Positions 1 through 12,095 of a DNA stretch of 64,000 nucleotides are shown here, piece after piece; the stretch's first letter is position 1; every line of letters starts with the position of its first letter. The position numbers were made by a program, and so were the translations under genes. Under the pieces are notes generated by a model. That model was given only the letters and a program-made list of their open reading frames with translations, was not told where the DNA came from and ran no database searches. This stretch comes from Octopus sinensis (lineage: Eukaryota). The stretch covers positions 67,456,001-67,520,000 of the forward strand of contig NC_043006.1 in the NCBI RefSeq assembly GCF_006345805.1, written 5' to 3'.

Positions 1-164
1 GGAGTTGGCGGGTTAGAGTGAAATAGCGAGCCGCTAATCATTTCGTCATGCCTATAGAAATGTGCAGAGCAAAATGATCAAAGAACAGACGGTCTTGTAT
101 ACTGCTAGATAAATCAACAAAGCCGTTAGGCATGCCATCTTAGCCGTCATGCATGCCAAGGGAA

Positions 165-202
<38 letters not shown>

Positions 203-540
203 ATATATATTACTGTGGAAGGTTCTCCGAGAAAAGATGACGGTATTAAAATTAGGGTTATAGTTAACATAACGACATCATTGGGAATGATTGCCTAAAT
301 GGGAAGGGTACGCCTGGAGTAACATCAAAGGGACTGTGATGATTAGAATAAAAGAGAAAGGAAATAGGAAGGCAGAAGGGAGACAGAATGATTAAAGACA
401 AGGATCATGAAGCATAGGAAAACAATAAAAGGTAGAAAGATATAAATAAGGGTATATAATTAAAGGGGCTGATTAATTTCGCATTTAATAGAGTAGACAG
501 AAATTCAAATCATAGCCAAAGTAACATAAATAATAATCCT

Positions 541-739
541 TCTTACTATAGGCACAATGCCTGGATTTTGTGGGGAGGGGAACAGTCGATCACATCAACC
601 CTAGCACTCAACTGGTACTTAATTTATCGTCCCTGAAAGGATGAATGGCAAAGACGACCTCAGTGGAATTTGAATTCAGAACGTAACGGCAGACGAAATA
701 CCGCCCGGAGTGCTAACGACTTTTTGCCAGCTCGCCGCC

Positions 740-741
<2 letters not shown>
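541..741 (-). mobile_element. tRNA-derived SINE, family A (about 200 bp)
   Basis: Reverse complement starts AAGGCGGCGAGCTGGC (A-box-like) and has a GA[A/G]TTCAAATTCC B-box; more than 12 copies in the window. Confidence 0.85.
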
Positions 742-800
<59 letters not shown>

Positions 801-843
801 CAACAACAACGACAACAACAACAACAACAACAATAATAATAAT
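742..843. repeat. (AAT)n/(AAC)n microsatellite
   Basis: Direct reading; source of the poly-N ORF 670..885. Confidence 0.95.
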
Positions 844-859
844 ATGATTTATTATCATT

Positions 860-952
860 TATCTTTTGCTTGTTTCAGTCATTAGACTGCGCCATGCTGG
901 GGCACCGCTTTGAAGGAGTTTCAGTGGAATGAATCGACCCCAGTACTTATTT
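860..952 (-). mobile_element. SINE family B, 3' fragment
   Basis: tttcagtcatt..gccatgctggggcaccgc matches the tail of full copies (62240-62672). Confidence 0.7.
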
Positions 953-1446
953 TTGTAACAAGAGAACAGCTTCAACTTCAAACATATTAAGAACACGACT
1001 GTGTTTTAGTTTCATCGCTTTTACTCGGCGATTTTTCATATTTTCTCATTACTATTATGTTTCCTTAGTAACAATAGCCTTCCTATTCGTATACACATAC
1101 AAGATAGAGAAACGTCAAATTTTCCTATTTATCCGAAGGTGTTTGTCACCAAGCAATCTTTCTTTAGGCTTAGAGCCTCAGATTGTTTAGGGACACAAGG
1201 CACGTTATGAAACCTGCTTAACCACGTGGCTTAATGGCAAGAAACTATTAGTAGCTTGTACCTTTATACTGTGTCCATTGGATATTTTTCTTTCACTGGA
1301 TTGAGTACTTTTTAGTAGGTCTTACCATAACGGAATAGTAAACTACATGTGTGTGTGTTTATGTGTGAGTGTGTCTGTCTGTGTCTGTGTCTGTGTATGT
1401 GTCTGTGTCTGTGTGTGTGTGTGTGTGTGTGTATGTCTGTGTGTGT

Positions 1447-1506
<60 letters not shown>

Positions 1507-1603
1507 GTGAGTGTGCGTATGTATGAATGTGGATGTTCGGAATTTGAAAGAGAGAATGAAGCACGAGATCAAAAGAATGCTTAGAAAGAAAGAACCACTA
1601 GAA

Positions 1604-1977
1604 AATAAGAGCACTCAGAGAGCGCAAACCTCCACCATGGCAACACCAACGTCCTCTCAACGATTAGCCAGAGATGATTTTTAAAATGAGAATATCTGAA
1701 ATAAACTCGAATGCTCTCACAAACGAGAGAACTACAAATGAGCCCGACCGCTTTGAAAAACTAAGTAAAAAAAAAAACTGAAAATAATCCAGAATTCTTG
1801 TCCGGTACCGGATCGATCCCAAGATTTAATCAGTTCGAGCCAGTTACGAGGCCAAACATCCCTGAAAGTTTCATCGGAATCCATTAAGCGGTTCTTGAGA
1901 TAACCACAGACAAACAAACAAACAAACAAACGCGACTGAAGACAATAGCGCCGCCTTAAAGAAGATGGAGGTAATAA
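1604..1977. mobile_element. Non-autonomous Helentron-type (HINE/DINE-1-like) element
   Basis: Subterminal inverted motifs ACCTCCACCAT (1628) / ATGGAGGT (1965), short hairpin GCACTC-AGA-GAGCGC near one end, internal (AAAC)n. Confidence 0.55.
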
Positions 1978-1990
1978 AGGAGTGTTGTTT

Positions 1991-2277
1991 TTTACGTGTA
2001 TGATTTGTAGGAGGGATAGCTTGAGTCATGCAGGCCTGGTCAGTCAACAAGGAAGTCACAGGAATCAACCACTTGTAAATTGTTCACAACGTGTGGAAAG
2101 ATGTGCTGTTCAGTTAGAGGATTAATAAGATATATCAAAACACTTCATACTGTGACACCTGTACCTTCAGCCAGCCAGCACGAGTGTGCATTATGCAATA
2201 AAATGTATAAATCGTTGGCAGGGTTCGAGATTCATATAAGAGGCTCACATTACATTATCAAGGACTCATTTGAATGA
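1991..2277 (+). pseudogene. Decayed three-finger C2H2 array, probably an RTE-type LINE ORF2 C-terminus
   Basis: FTCMICRRDSLSHAGLVSQQGSH, frameshift, TCGKMCCSVRGLIRYIKTLH, then ECALCNKMYKSLAGFEIHIRGSH (C-x2-C-x12-H-x4-H); no TGEKP linkers. Confidence 0.6.
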
Positions 2278-2420
2278 TTCTTTCTAGCAATAGATGTACT
2301 CATATACGAAATATGATATGATATGATATGATATGATATATATATGTGTGTATGTGTGTATGTGTGTGTGTGTAGAAGGTTGAAAAGGAACACAGGAGTT
2401 GATATATATGAAAAAAAAGT

Positions 2421-2667
2421 CAAGATAAAAAATGATAAAATAATTTTATAAAAAAACATTTCAGTACCGGTTTCACTCATTTTTTTAACTGTAAGAATGG
2501 AAATCAATTAAATTTTGGAAAAATTAAACGAATATTCCTTTAAAAAACTTTTCTTTTAATTTTTCCAAAATTTAATTATTTTCCGTACTTACAATTGAAA
2601 AAGTCTCAATGACTGAAACCGGTACTGAAATGTTTTTTATAAAATTATTTTAGCATTTTCTATCTTG
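2421..2667. mobile_element. Foldback element, PLE terminal-repeat derived, HHR-like motif in each arm
   Basis: Inverted arms caagataaaa..cagtaccggtttca / tgaaaccggtactg..tatcttg; same family as 9768-10183. Confidence 0.75.
2592..2627 (+). ncRNA. Minimal type-I HHR-like motif, U3-A8 core
   Basis: CAA TTGAAAA AGTC tcaat GACT GAAAC CG GTA CTG. Confidence 0.6.
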
Positions 2668-3102
2668 GCGATAAATATTAATATCCAGTAACGCTGCCGT
2701 AATCTCCTTTAGATAGAGTTAGTAATTTTAATATTTCTATTATATATATATATATTATATATATATATACATACATACATATATGATACAGTCACACAGA
2801 GAGCGATTTGCAGTGTAACGAAGATAGGGTGAAAAGAAAGATAAAAACCGAAGTTAAGGATGTGAACACGAATAGCTCTGGCGAATCACGAATATATAGA
2901 TTCGTGTTCATTTCTTCGGTTTTTATTTTTTCACCTTATCTTTGTCTCACCGCAAATCGCTCTCTGTGTGACTTTATTATACTCACGCTTGCCACTTACT
3001 CACACGAAAATAAATTTGTTACGGCCCAAACGCATATACATATGCATAGACACACACACATACACACCCACACGCACAGACACACACACATGCGTGTATA
3101 TA

Positions 3103-3168
<66 letters not shown>

Positions 3169-3280
3169 TATATATAAGGTAGTGGTGTGCACACGAGCTC
3201 ATATATGTATTTATGTATGATTTTATGTATATGTGTGAATTTAATATAAACCTCTAGCCATGTCCTAGTGTATGCTTATG

Positions 3281-3313
<33 letters not shown>

Positions 3314-3559
3314 ATGTGTGTGTGTGTGTGTGCGTGTCCACAAAACTGCGCGCGCGAGAGAGCGTGTGTGTGTTTACAGTTCCGAAATAAATGTCGAAGA
3401 ACAATAGAAAATTCTATATAATATTGATAACAATCAGATTTGATTTTTTCACTTCACTTTTTCCCCTCCGAAAACGAAGTTTAATACAGTCTTTTATTTA
3501 TGTATAATTTTTTTTTTTTTTTTGTAAATGTTAAATGCTTGTTGAAACTTGATTTTGCT

Positions 3560-4440
3560 GTGAATATAATTTCACTGCAAATAATAGAAAAGAACATCTA
3601 CAATTACGGAAACTTGTAGCTCTTTAAAAGCAACGAATATATTGCTTATTGCTATAAATGAAAACAATTAATTGAACATAAACCAAATAATAGATGAAAT
3701 ATTATCTACTGTATGTTTTAGAAAAATATATATATATTCTTTTGAATAAAATGTTGTTCTTCCTTTAAAAATGATACGAAAATAATGCTTAGGAAATCAA
3801 CTACTCCTGTACTGTGAGCTATAGAAATAAAGCATGCCGCATACAATAACGTTTTCCATTAAAAATAATTCGAAAATAACACTTTAAATATGTGGTAACC
3901 TCTTAATGTCCGTTTTTAGCATTATGCTGTCTTGAATATAATGTTGTAATTCACTGGAAAATAATAGAAAACTACCATTTAGAATGTTGCACTAACTCCT
4001 TATTGTATGTTTTAGAAATATACTGTTTTGAACAAAATATTGTGAATCCCTTGAAAATAATACAAAAATAACACTCGGAAATCAACTACTTCTCTATTGT
4101 GAGTAAAAGAAATATTGTGAGTTCGAAACAATGATGGTGTTCCATTGAAATTAATAGGAAAATAACACATGGAGTATCTGGTCTTACTCTTGGAAGTGTA
4201 AATACTGCTAAACTTCTATTTCTTTCTCTAACTACTGTATGGTTTAGAAAAATACTGTCTTGAATAAAATATTACAATTCCTTGAATAAAATAATACAAA
4301 AAACCATCATTTGGAATATTTCACTAACTTCTTGATGTATGTTTTAGGAATATTAATTATTGTTTGGAAAAAATGTGGTCAAGCCCTTGATAATAATACG
4401 AAAATACCACTTGGAATATAAACTACATCTTTGTTGTATC
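3560..4440. repeat. Diverged AT-rich minisatellite (about 90-100 bp unit)
   Basis: Recurrent ytgtatgttttagaaa..ttgaataaaat..ccttgaaaataatac..aaaatamcacttggaa. Confidence 0.6.
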
Positions 4441-4444
4441 TTTA

Positions 4445-4570
4445 ATATTTTTTATCTTTTACTTATTTCAGTCATTTGAATGCAGCCATGCTGGAGTACC
4501 GCATTGAAACAAACTGACTCCAGTAGTTAATTTAAAATTTCTTTTTTTTTAAGTCTTGTACATGTTCTAA
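4445..4570 (-). mobile_element. SINE family B, 3' fragment
   Basis: ttttacttatttcagtcatttgaatgcagccatgctggagtaccgc. Confidence 0.65.
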
Positions 4571-4594
4571 TGGGTTTTTTTTGTCGAACTGCTA

Positions 4595-4756
4595 TGCAGG
4601 GTCATGCGCTGTTTATCTTGATATGATATCACCTTGTCGCGCACATATGGTTGTGATGCATGTGCCTGGTGTACACTTATCAGACAGGTAATCATGATGG
4701 GCTTCGTATATTTTACTCCAGTGTCACTTTGATGGCATGCACTGCTCTCTCACTCA

Positions 4757-4762
<6 letters not shown>
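4595..4762 (+). repeat. 3' end of an unclassified retroposon-like repeat with (AAT)n tail
   Basis: ggtcatgcgctgtttatcttgatatg.. recurs at about 5545-5650; ends ctctcactcaat+(AAT)n. Confidence 0.55.
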
Positions 4763-4824
<62 letters not shown>

Positions 4825-5153
4825 CTGAGTTAGCTACCTAACTCAGATACCAGGAAACCCAAAAATGGCAGAAATTCAAAAGATAGTGCTCATGGGAACT
4901 GCTCATATCCTACGCAAAATACTTTCTATGTAATCTCAAGGTTTAAAACAAACATAATTTCCGGTTTTAAAAAAAAAAAAATTTTTTTTTTTTGTTTTAG
5001 ACATTCATTAGTACAACACCAAAAACTCCCCGCCCCCAAATATATGGCACACTAGGCATAACAACAACATGAACTTCCAACCTGTTGTCTCTTGAGGTCT
5101 CTGGGTGAGACTTGGAGCCAACTTGTACAAATATAAAGCAAAAGTCAAACATA

Positions 5154-5154
<1 letters not shown>
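4825..5154 (+). mobile_element. 5'-truncated R4/Dong-clade LINE 3' end within a (TAA)n array
   Basis: QIPGNPKMAEIQKIVLMGTAHILRKILSM* (4844-4933) resembles the R4-clade C-terminus; (TAA)n on both sides. Confidence 0.7.
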
Positions 5155-5188
<34 letters not shown>

Positions 5189-5189
5189 G

Positions 5190-5650
5190 CTTCTCATCTT
5201 TACTGATTAGAAGTGTTATTATGTATATTGTTTAGTCTTGGTATAAAAGATGGGCTACAGTAAATATTCTACTCAATAGTACAGATTTGCTTGTCAGTTG
5301 TTTGACCATAACCAGTTGAGCATGTCCCTTTGTGGCTGACAATATGTTGTGCATTTCTGGTCATGAGCAGAAATAGTGGGGGAGCCTCATAGCCGTGTGT
5401 TGAAGGGGATTCTTTGGGGTCTGAATAATTCACCTCTGGAAACATGGGTGCTTCGTTCAACATCCTTAAACAACTCTTATTCAGGGACCTTTTCAGCGGG
5501 ATAGATTGCTAGAGTAGAAGAAAATTCTAACTGGGCCCCACCTGCAAGGTCATGCGGTGTTTATCTTGATATGAGATCACCATGCCGCGCACATGTGGTT
5601 GTGATGTATGTGCCTGATGTAACCTTATCAGGTTCGTATATTTTACCCCA
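5190..5650 (+). repeat. Longer copy of the unclassified repeat at 4595-4762
   Basis: Shared segment of about 110 bp. Confidence 0.5.
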
Positions 5651-5781
5651 GCCTTTTGTTAACGTATCGTTAGCACACCTTCAGGTCCACCTTTGGAGTG
5701 TACTGTAAATATATAAATATATATGTATATATGTGTGTGTATACATATATATATATATAGATATATATATATATATATATA

Positions 5782-5827
<46 letters not shown>

Positions 5828-6229
5828 CACATGTGTGCGTATGTGTGTGTATTTGAAATTCAATAACTCCCTCTTACGTTTGTCATTTTGGTGTCATATT
5901 CCTGCTGTTCTGTTGTCTCTCAGACTTCATTAAGATTATATTTCACCATCACATCGTTGGAAAATGAGATAATTATCAGAAACTGCTAATAATGATGTAT
6001 TATGTATGTGCGTACGTACGTATGTATGTATGTATGCTTGTATGTATGTATATACGCATACGTTAACTCATATATATATATACACATATATATACATATG
6101 TATGCTTATGTGTGTGTATATATATACATATATATATATACATATATATACATATATACATATACATATAAATATACATATATATACATATATATATATA
6201 TATTTATGTATATATAAATGTATGTATGT

Positions 6230-6290
<61 letters not shown>

Positions 6291-6420
6291 GAGAGATGCT
6301 TAGATAAGTTCTAGCCACAGACTTAACTAAGGTTATGTTTCTTTGTGTTTATTTATGTGTATATATCATACAAGCATATATGTGTCTGTATGCATGTATA
6401 TATATATATATATATATATC

Positions 6421-6462
<42 letters not shown>

Positions 6463-6661
6463 GTGTGTGTGTGTGTGTACACACACAAAAGACAGACAGT
6501 GAGACAGACAGAGAGATAAGGACTTCGAATGTGTAACATGTGGTATGTTTGTGTATGGATGTTTGTAGGTGTGAATGTGTGTGTTTATTTGTGTAGTAGT
6601 AGTAGTAGTATTAGTAGTAGTAGTAGTAGTTAGTAGTAGTAGTAGTAGTAGTAGCAGTATC

Positions 6662-6693
<32 letters not shown>

Positions 6694-6996
6694 AGGAGGT
6701 GGAACATGATAGTTCTTTGCACTATTATTGTGGGTGTAAATGTGTTTGACCAACGCGTATTTCTTCATGTATGAATGTTTCGTTGTTATTTATACCTACC
6801 TAGACCGTTCGCAGTTAAGTAAATCTATAATTAAAGGCATTCCAAATGTGTCCATACCGTTCTTCTTCCAAATGTGTTTCTAACACTACCTTAAGCACCC
6901 TTCCTTATCTTACGTCCGTAGGATATGATCTGAGGTAGATTTGGCTGCCATTTCAAGCAATTCGGAAAACCACACAGAAACTCCTTCATGTAGTTT

Positions 6997-7028
<32 letters not shown>

Positions 7029-7157
7029 CTATTGTTGTTGCTGTTGTTGTTGTCATTGTTTAGCCTTAGGTAGACAATGACCACAAAGGCCTATGATCAA
7101 ACATTTTTCATTCGTGACCATCTCGTCTTTTTTAAGTAAAACAGGACTATATCATAG

Positions 7158-7310
7158 GCACAGGAGTGGCTGTGTGGTAAGAAGCTTGCTTCTCAACCAC
7201 ATGGTTCCAGGTTTAGTCCTACTACGTGGCACCTTGGGCAGGTATCTTCTAATGTAGCCTCGGGCCGACCAAACCCTTGTCAGTGCATTTGGTAGACGGA
7301 AACTGAAAGT
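7158..7310 (+). mobile_element. SINE family B, 5' half (tRNA-like head plus CORE-like segment)
   Basis: GGAGTGGCTGTGTGG A-box, degenerate B-box, ACCTTGGGCAGGT; truncated by the LINE. Confidence 0.8.
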
Positions 7311-8762
7311 TGCTGATATGTTGCATTGAGACGATTTTCTTTGTGTAGCTTCGTGGGATTGCTTCGAGTTCAGCCGTTAATTTTATATTGTGTGGGGATC
7401 ATAGTTGGGCGCAGTAGGCCAAGTGGCTGAGGATTTATGCCCTCTAAAGGATCGACATTGTTTCTTCTCTCTCGTTTTGAAAGTCCGGATGATCCATCTA
7501 GCTTGCCGTCTGCATTATATTACCAAATTAGTAATATGCACCTGGAAAGATGCATTATTGCTCATGTAAATTTCCAGGTTACGCACTGGTTTTGATTCAT
7601 GGATTGCAATTCCTCCCGGGCCAGTGAATCCTGTGTGCATTTCATTCAGCTATATGTGCTGGTAGCGCAGGGCTTGGAATTTTCCTGCATTAAACTGCAT
7701 GTTGTTGTCCTCAGCTCACCTGTATATTGCGTCCAACTCCCGTTGCAAAAGCACAATATCTCCAAAATTTTGTATTGTCTGAGAGACTTTTGTGTCATCT
7801 GCATAGCTAATGATGGTGGCTATCTGAGCAGCTAAGTGTATGTCTGAGAGGTCCACTATAAATAACAGTGACCCTAAGACAGTGCCCTGTGGAACACCAC
7901 TTACTATTTGTGTTTCCTTTGAGGTGGCTCCATTGGCCACCACTGCCTGATGTCTATCTTTTAGAAAGTCGTGTAGTCACTCTCCTAGTTTTCCGACTAT
8001 GCTGAGATCACGTAGTGTGTGACATATCATACCATGGTGTACTTTATCAAAGGCGTTTGCAAAGTCGAGATATACCACATCCACACTTGAGTTGTTTAGA
8101 AGCTATTTTAACACCCAGTAAGAGCTGTAAGCTGGCGAGCAGGCAGAAACGTTAGCACGCGGGGCGAAATGCTTAGCGGTATTTCGTCTGTCTTTACTTT
8201 CTGAGTTCAAATTCCGCCGAGGTCGACTTTGCCTTTCATCCTTTCGGGGTCGATATTTTAAGTACCAATTGCGTACTGGGGTCGATCTAATCGACTACCC
8301 CCTTCCCCAAATCTTTCGGGCCTTGTGCCTAGAGTAAAAAAGAATATTATAACAGAGGTATCGGGCAGTTTCTACCTGGTCGAAATCTATGCTGACTGTC
8401 AGTCAGCAAGTCATTTTCTTCAAGGAACGCGATTAGTTTCTTGTGGTGTGTTCCTTCCATGACTTTGCTGATGAGCCAGGTCAGAGAAATAGGCCTATAA
8501 TTTTTAGCATCTGTTCAGCTTCCTCTCTTATAGATAGGGGCATACTATTCCTTCCTTCAATTTGTCTGGGAGCTTACCACTTGTAAAAAAGCTCTGAAAA
8601 AAAGCTGCAGTGGTTTTGCAAGGGCTCGTTTGCACGATTTGAGAAGGATTGCTGGAAATCCATCAAGGCCAGTAGCTGAGTTTTGTGTCAACCACATCTA
8701 TGGCCAGAGTCACATCGTCTTCTTTAATGTTGATGTAATCCATTTTCCCCTCTTTGGTTACA
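7311..8762 (-). mobile_element. Decayed CR1/Jockey-group LINE ORF2 (RT), interrupted by a SINE
   Basis: VDVVYLDFANAFDKV, SGVPQGTVLG, YADDTK and NYRPISLT on the minus strand, with stops and frameshifts. Confidence 0.9.
8131..8349 (+). mobile_element. SINE family A nested in the CR1-like LINE
   Basis: Full head and tail; TAA at 8128-8130 and 8350-8352; LINE sequence rejoins across the insertion. Confidence 0.85.
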
Positions 8763-8959
8763 GGTAAAATGACGAAGAATATTTACTGCTATGAAGTGCC
8801 TCTCAGTCAGCAACAGGTCACGTTTCTCATGGCAGAAGTGTTTCACTGTAAGGTTAGAAATACAACCATACTTGCACGTACATAACCACACACACCCACT
8901 CTCCGTCATACGCGCAAAGAAACATACCCACAGATTCATACACACAAATAAATCTCGTG

Positions 8960-9620
8960 ACAATTTAAGCAAGATTCTAAAAACATTCACGATTCGTCAA
9001 ACAAATCCAAAGATTTTTATTAAATCTATATCAGCGTATATCAAGGATTATTGTCGCATAGTATTCACATTATATAGCAAAATATCATACTGTAAAATAT
9101 AATTTTCCATAAATCTTGAAACCAAACAAATAATTATTAGCCTTACAATAGATGACAGAGTTGACCAACTTGGGGTCAAAAACCTTACATCACCTTTAAA
9201 GGTCATAAACACAAGTTCGTTAATAATCCCAAGTGTGGTTTAATTAACCATTATTAAAGTGAGTTAGCTATAATCATCAACAATATCCTAATTCAATTAT
9301 CTTTAAACTAAGAAAGTCATTTCCCTTCCATAATAGAATAAGTGTCTTCGTCATAAAAGAGTTCAACTGTATTAATGAAACACAACATCATAAATTTACA
9401 CAATTCATCATAACAAAATTTTCTCCTACAATTACAAAACAGCTACTTTATCAACTTCAGTTTTTTGCAAATAATTTGGCACCAAAAAGTGAATCGGATA
9501 TCAGATTTATTACAGCTTGCAATAAAATCTCGTTTAATCACCAATAATTCTTTCTGAGTTTTAAAGACAAAATTAACGCAATTATGTCATTAGGTTCTTT
9601 CTAAGTTATCTCGGGGCTCT
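8960..9620 (+). pseudogene. Decayed Penelope-like RT fragment
   Basis: KPYITFKGHKHKFVNNPKCGLIN (9180-9248) resembles the PLE motif ITLKDHKxxFxNNPKCRLINP; later FTQFIITKFSPTI and MSLGSF. Confidence 0.7.
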
Positions 9621-9767
9621 CTAAGCGAAATTATTAGACCTTGCATTTTTGTCTTTTCGAAATAATTTTCATCATTTAAGCATATACATTTATTTATAGA
9701 TAGATACTTATACAAACACACACATATATAGGCGTATGTCTATAAATAAATATATATATATATATAG

Positions 9768-10183
9768 GAAAATAAGACAAGGTGGAAAATGCTAAAATAA
9801 TTTTATCATGAAGAACATTTTAGTACCGGTTTCAGCTTTTGCGACTTTTTCAACTTAAAGTAAAGCATGAAAAACAATTAAATTATGGAAAAATTGAATG
9901 AAATGTTTTTTCAAATATTTCCAAAGTTTTCAAATGCTACTACCTGCTACCAAGCCCTCGCAAGAGTAAAAAAGAGACAGACAGACAGACAGAAAAAAGG
10001 AAAATGTCCTTTGCATTTGAAAGCTATGGAAATATTTTTTTAAAACATTTCATTTAACTCCTCCACAATTTAATTGTTATTCATACGTTACTCTAAGTTG
10101 AAAAAGTCGCCAAGACTGAAACCGGTACTAAAATGTTCTTTACGATAAAATTACTTTAGCATTTTCTACCTTGTCTGATTTTC
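9768..10183. mobile_element. TA-flanked foldback element with arms of about 170 bp, HHR-like motif in each arm
   Basis: Long inverted arms; HHR-like motifs at 9822-9855 (-) and 10096-10129 (+). Confidence 0.85.
10096..10129 (+). ncRNA. Minimal type-I HHR-like motif, U3-A8 core
   Basis: AG TTGAAAA AGTC gccaa GACT GAAAC CG GTA CT. Confidence 0.6.
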
Positions 10184-10185
10184 TT

Positions 10186-10224
<39 letters not shown>

Positions 10225-10245
10225 TATATAATATATATATATATA

Positions 10246-11340
10246 TTAGGTTGGCAACTAAGCTCCTGCCGTTTTCTTAAATTTAATTTTTTTTTAATGT
10301 TTAATAAAAAATAATTTGTAGAAATCACCCGATTTCGACTCGAAAAAATGATCTAACCAAGCTCCTAATTCTGCATCAGTATTGAACGAAACTCCGCGCA
10401 TAGCATTTGAAAGAGATCAAAAGAGGTGGAAATCCGTTGGTGCCAAATCAGGAGAGTACGGGGGTGTTGCAGCCTTTCCCAGCGATGCGTTTGAAAGGCT
10501 TTTTTGGTCATTTTGGCGATATGAGGTCTGGCGTCGTCGTGCAGCAGAACTCCATGCTGCCGATTAGGTCTTTTCTCTTGAATAGCCGTGTTGAATCGTT
10601 CCATCTGTTGAACATAGAGTTCTGCGTTGACCGTTTGGTTCCGTTCAAGCAATTCGTAATGGATAATCCCTTCCCAGTCCCACCATACGCACAACATCGT
10701 TTTACGCGGATGAAGATCTTGTTTCACGCGCGATGTCGCTTGTTTACCGGGACTAAGCCATTCCTTATGCTGCTTCATATTGATGTACAAGCACCATTTT
10801 TTTGTCGCCAATAACGATCCGCTTGTGTTCATGAGTTGAGCGGTGACGAGCAAGCAAAGCAGCAGAGATTGTGGCTCGTTGATTTTTGTTGTTGTTACTT
10901 AAAGCATGCGGAACACATGCTCCATACTTCTGAACCTTTCCCATCGAGTGAAGATGCTTCTCTATGGCAGTGTGGGAGCATCCCATTTTCTCTTCTAGTT
11001 CCCTTGTCGTTTGGTGAGAATTTTCGTGCAAAAGTTGGCTTAATCGTTTTTCATCGAACACAACTGGACGGCCAGAACGAGGTACGTCTTTGCGGTAAAA
11101 ATTTCCATTTTTGAACTTGGCATGCCAATCATGAGCTGTTCTTTCAGCTATGGCACCCTCTCCATACACAGCACAAATGTCGCGAGCAGCTTTTGTGGCC
11201 TTAGAACGTTGATTAAAAGCAAAAAGGTGTCGAAAATGCTCGTTTTTCTTAACTTGACATTCCATTTTAATGATTTGAAAATAAACAAAAATTAACTAAA
11301 ATTAACTAGAAAAAAACAAAATAGATGGCCTGGTAAGTCA
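10246..11340 (-). mobile_element. Mariner (DD34D) element with frameshifted transposase; 5' TIR missing
   Basis: ORFs 10765..11265 and 10365..10853: ACVPH, GDEK-like, HDDARPH; TIR TA-TTAGGTTGGCAACTAAG at 10244. Confidence 0.9.
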
Positions 11341-11349
11341 ACTACAGCC

Positions 11350-11492
11350 TTTCGTGATTTCATCACCTCTTGCTCTCCAGAATTCCTCGCTGCCGGCATA
11401 AATAAGCTACCGAAAGAATGGCAAAATGGGTTGATAATTTAGTAGAATAAACTTTCAGCTCAAAATCGGACATTTCATTCTTAATGACCTGA
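11350..11492 (+). mobile_element. 3' end of a second mariner
   Basis: DFITSCSPEFLAAGINKLPKEWQ resembles a mariner C-terminus; TIR ..ttcttaatgacctga-TA. Confidence 0.6.
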
Positions 11493-11519
11493 TATATACA
11501 TAAAAAGAAATTAAAGGTA

Positions 11520-11590
11520 TAGCAGTATTCGTCTACCGCTACTTTCTGAGTTCAAATTCCGCTGAGGTCGATTTTGCTTGTCATCCTTTG
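11520..11590 (+). mobile_element. SINE family A fragment
   Basis: ctgagttcaaattccgctgaggtcga. Confidence 0.65.
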
Positions 11591-12009
11591 GAAGTGCCGA
11601 ATGGATTGGTATCGTACAAACAAGAAAGTATATTTCTAAACAGCTATACTGTGACAACAGCAGAGAAAGATTGAGTATTTACAGAAAATATTTGCCAGCA
11701 GGCGACGACTTTTTTCCATCTTCTAAGGGTAGATACCCAATCTTTCGTTGCTGTTTTTAGAGCTATATGTCGTCCAAAATTTGCTTCTGTTTTTTGTCTA
11801 TAAAGTATATAAATATATATGCTTTCACATCAAAGGAATGTCAAACATCCAAGTCCGCCGGTACAGTCCAAACAGAGAATATATATATATATATAAAATA
11901 TATATATTCAGTATTTACAAAAACAATAAATGAAGTATAAGGAAACGAAAACAATTGTAGTTGTAGACGATCTTTAATTCATAATCCAGTTTGGTACAGA
12001 TCCAATATG

Positions 12010-12095
12010 AATTCTACAAGTTTTTTCGGAGTCTTATTAATTCCAAAAACGAAAAACTCTTCTTGAAATAAAAATTAGATTCTTCGTCAGGAATT
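12010..12095 (-). ncRNA. Decayed type-I HHR, C3-G8 core, in a PLE-like terminal repeat ending at (TA)n near 11905
   Basis: AATTC CTGACGA AGAATCT..AGACTCC GAAA AAACTT GTA GAATT; 5-bp stem I, 5/7 stem II. Confidence 0.5.

Noticed and set aside
10246-11492. Single mariner with asymmetric TIRs
   Set aside because: 11350-11492 encodes the C-terminus of a different, oppositely oriented mariner
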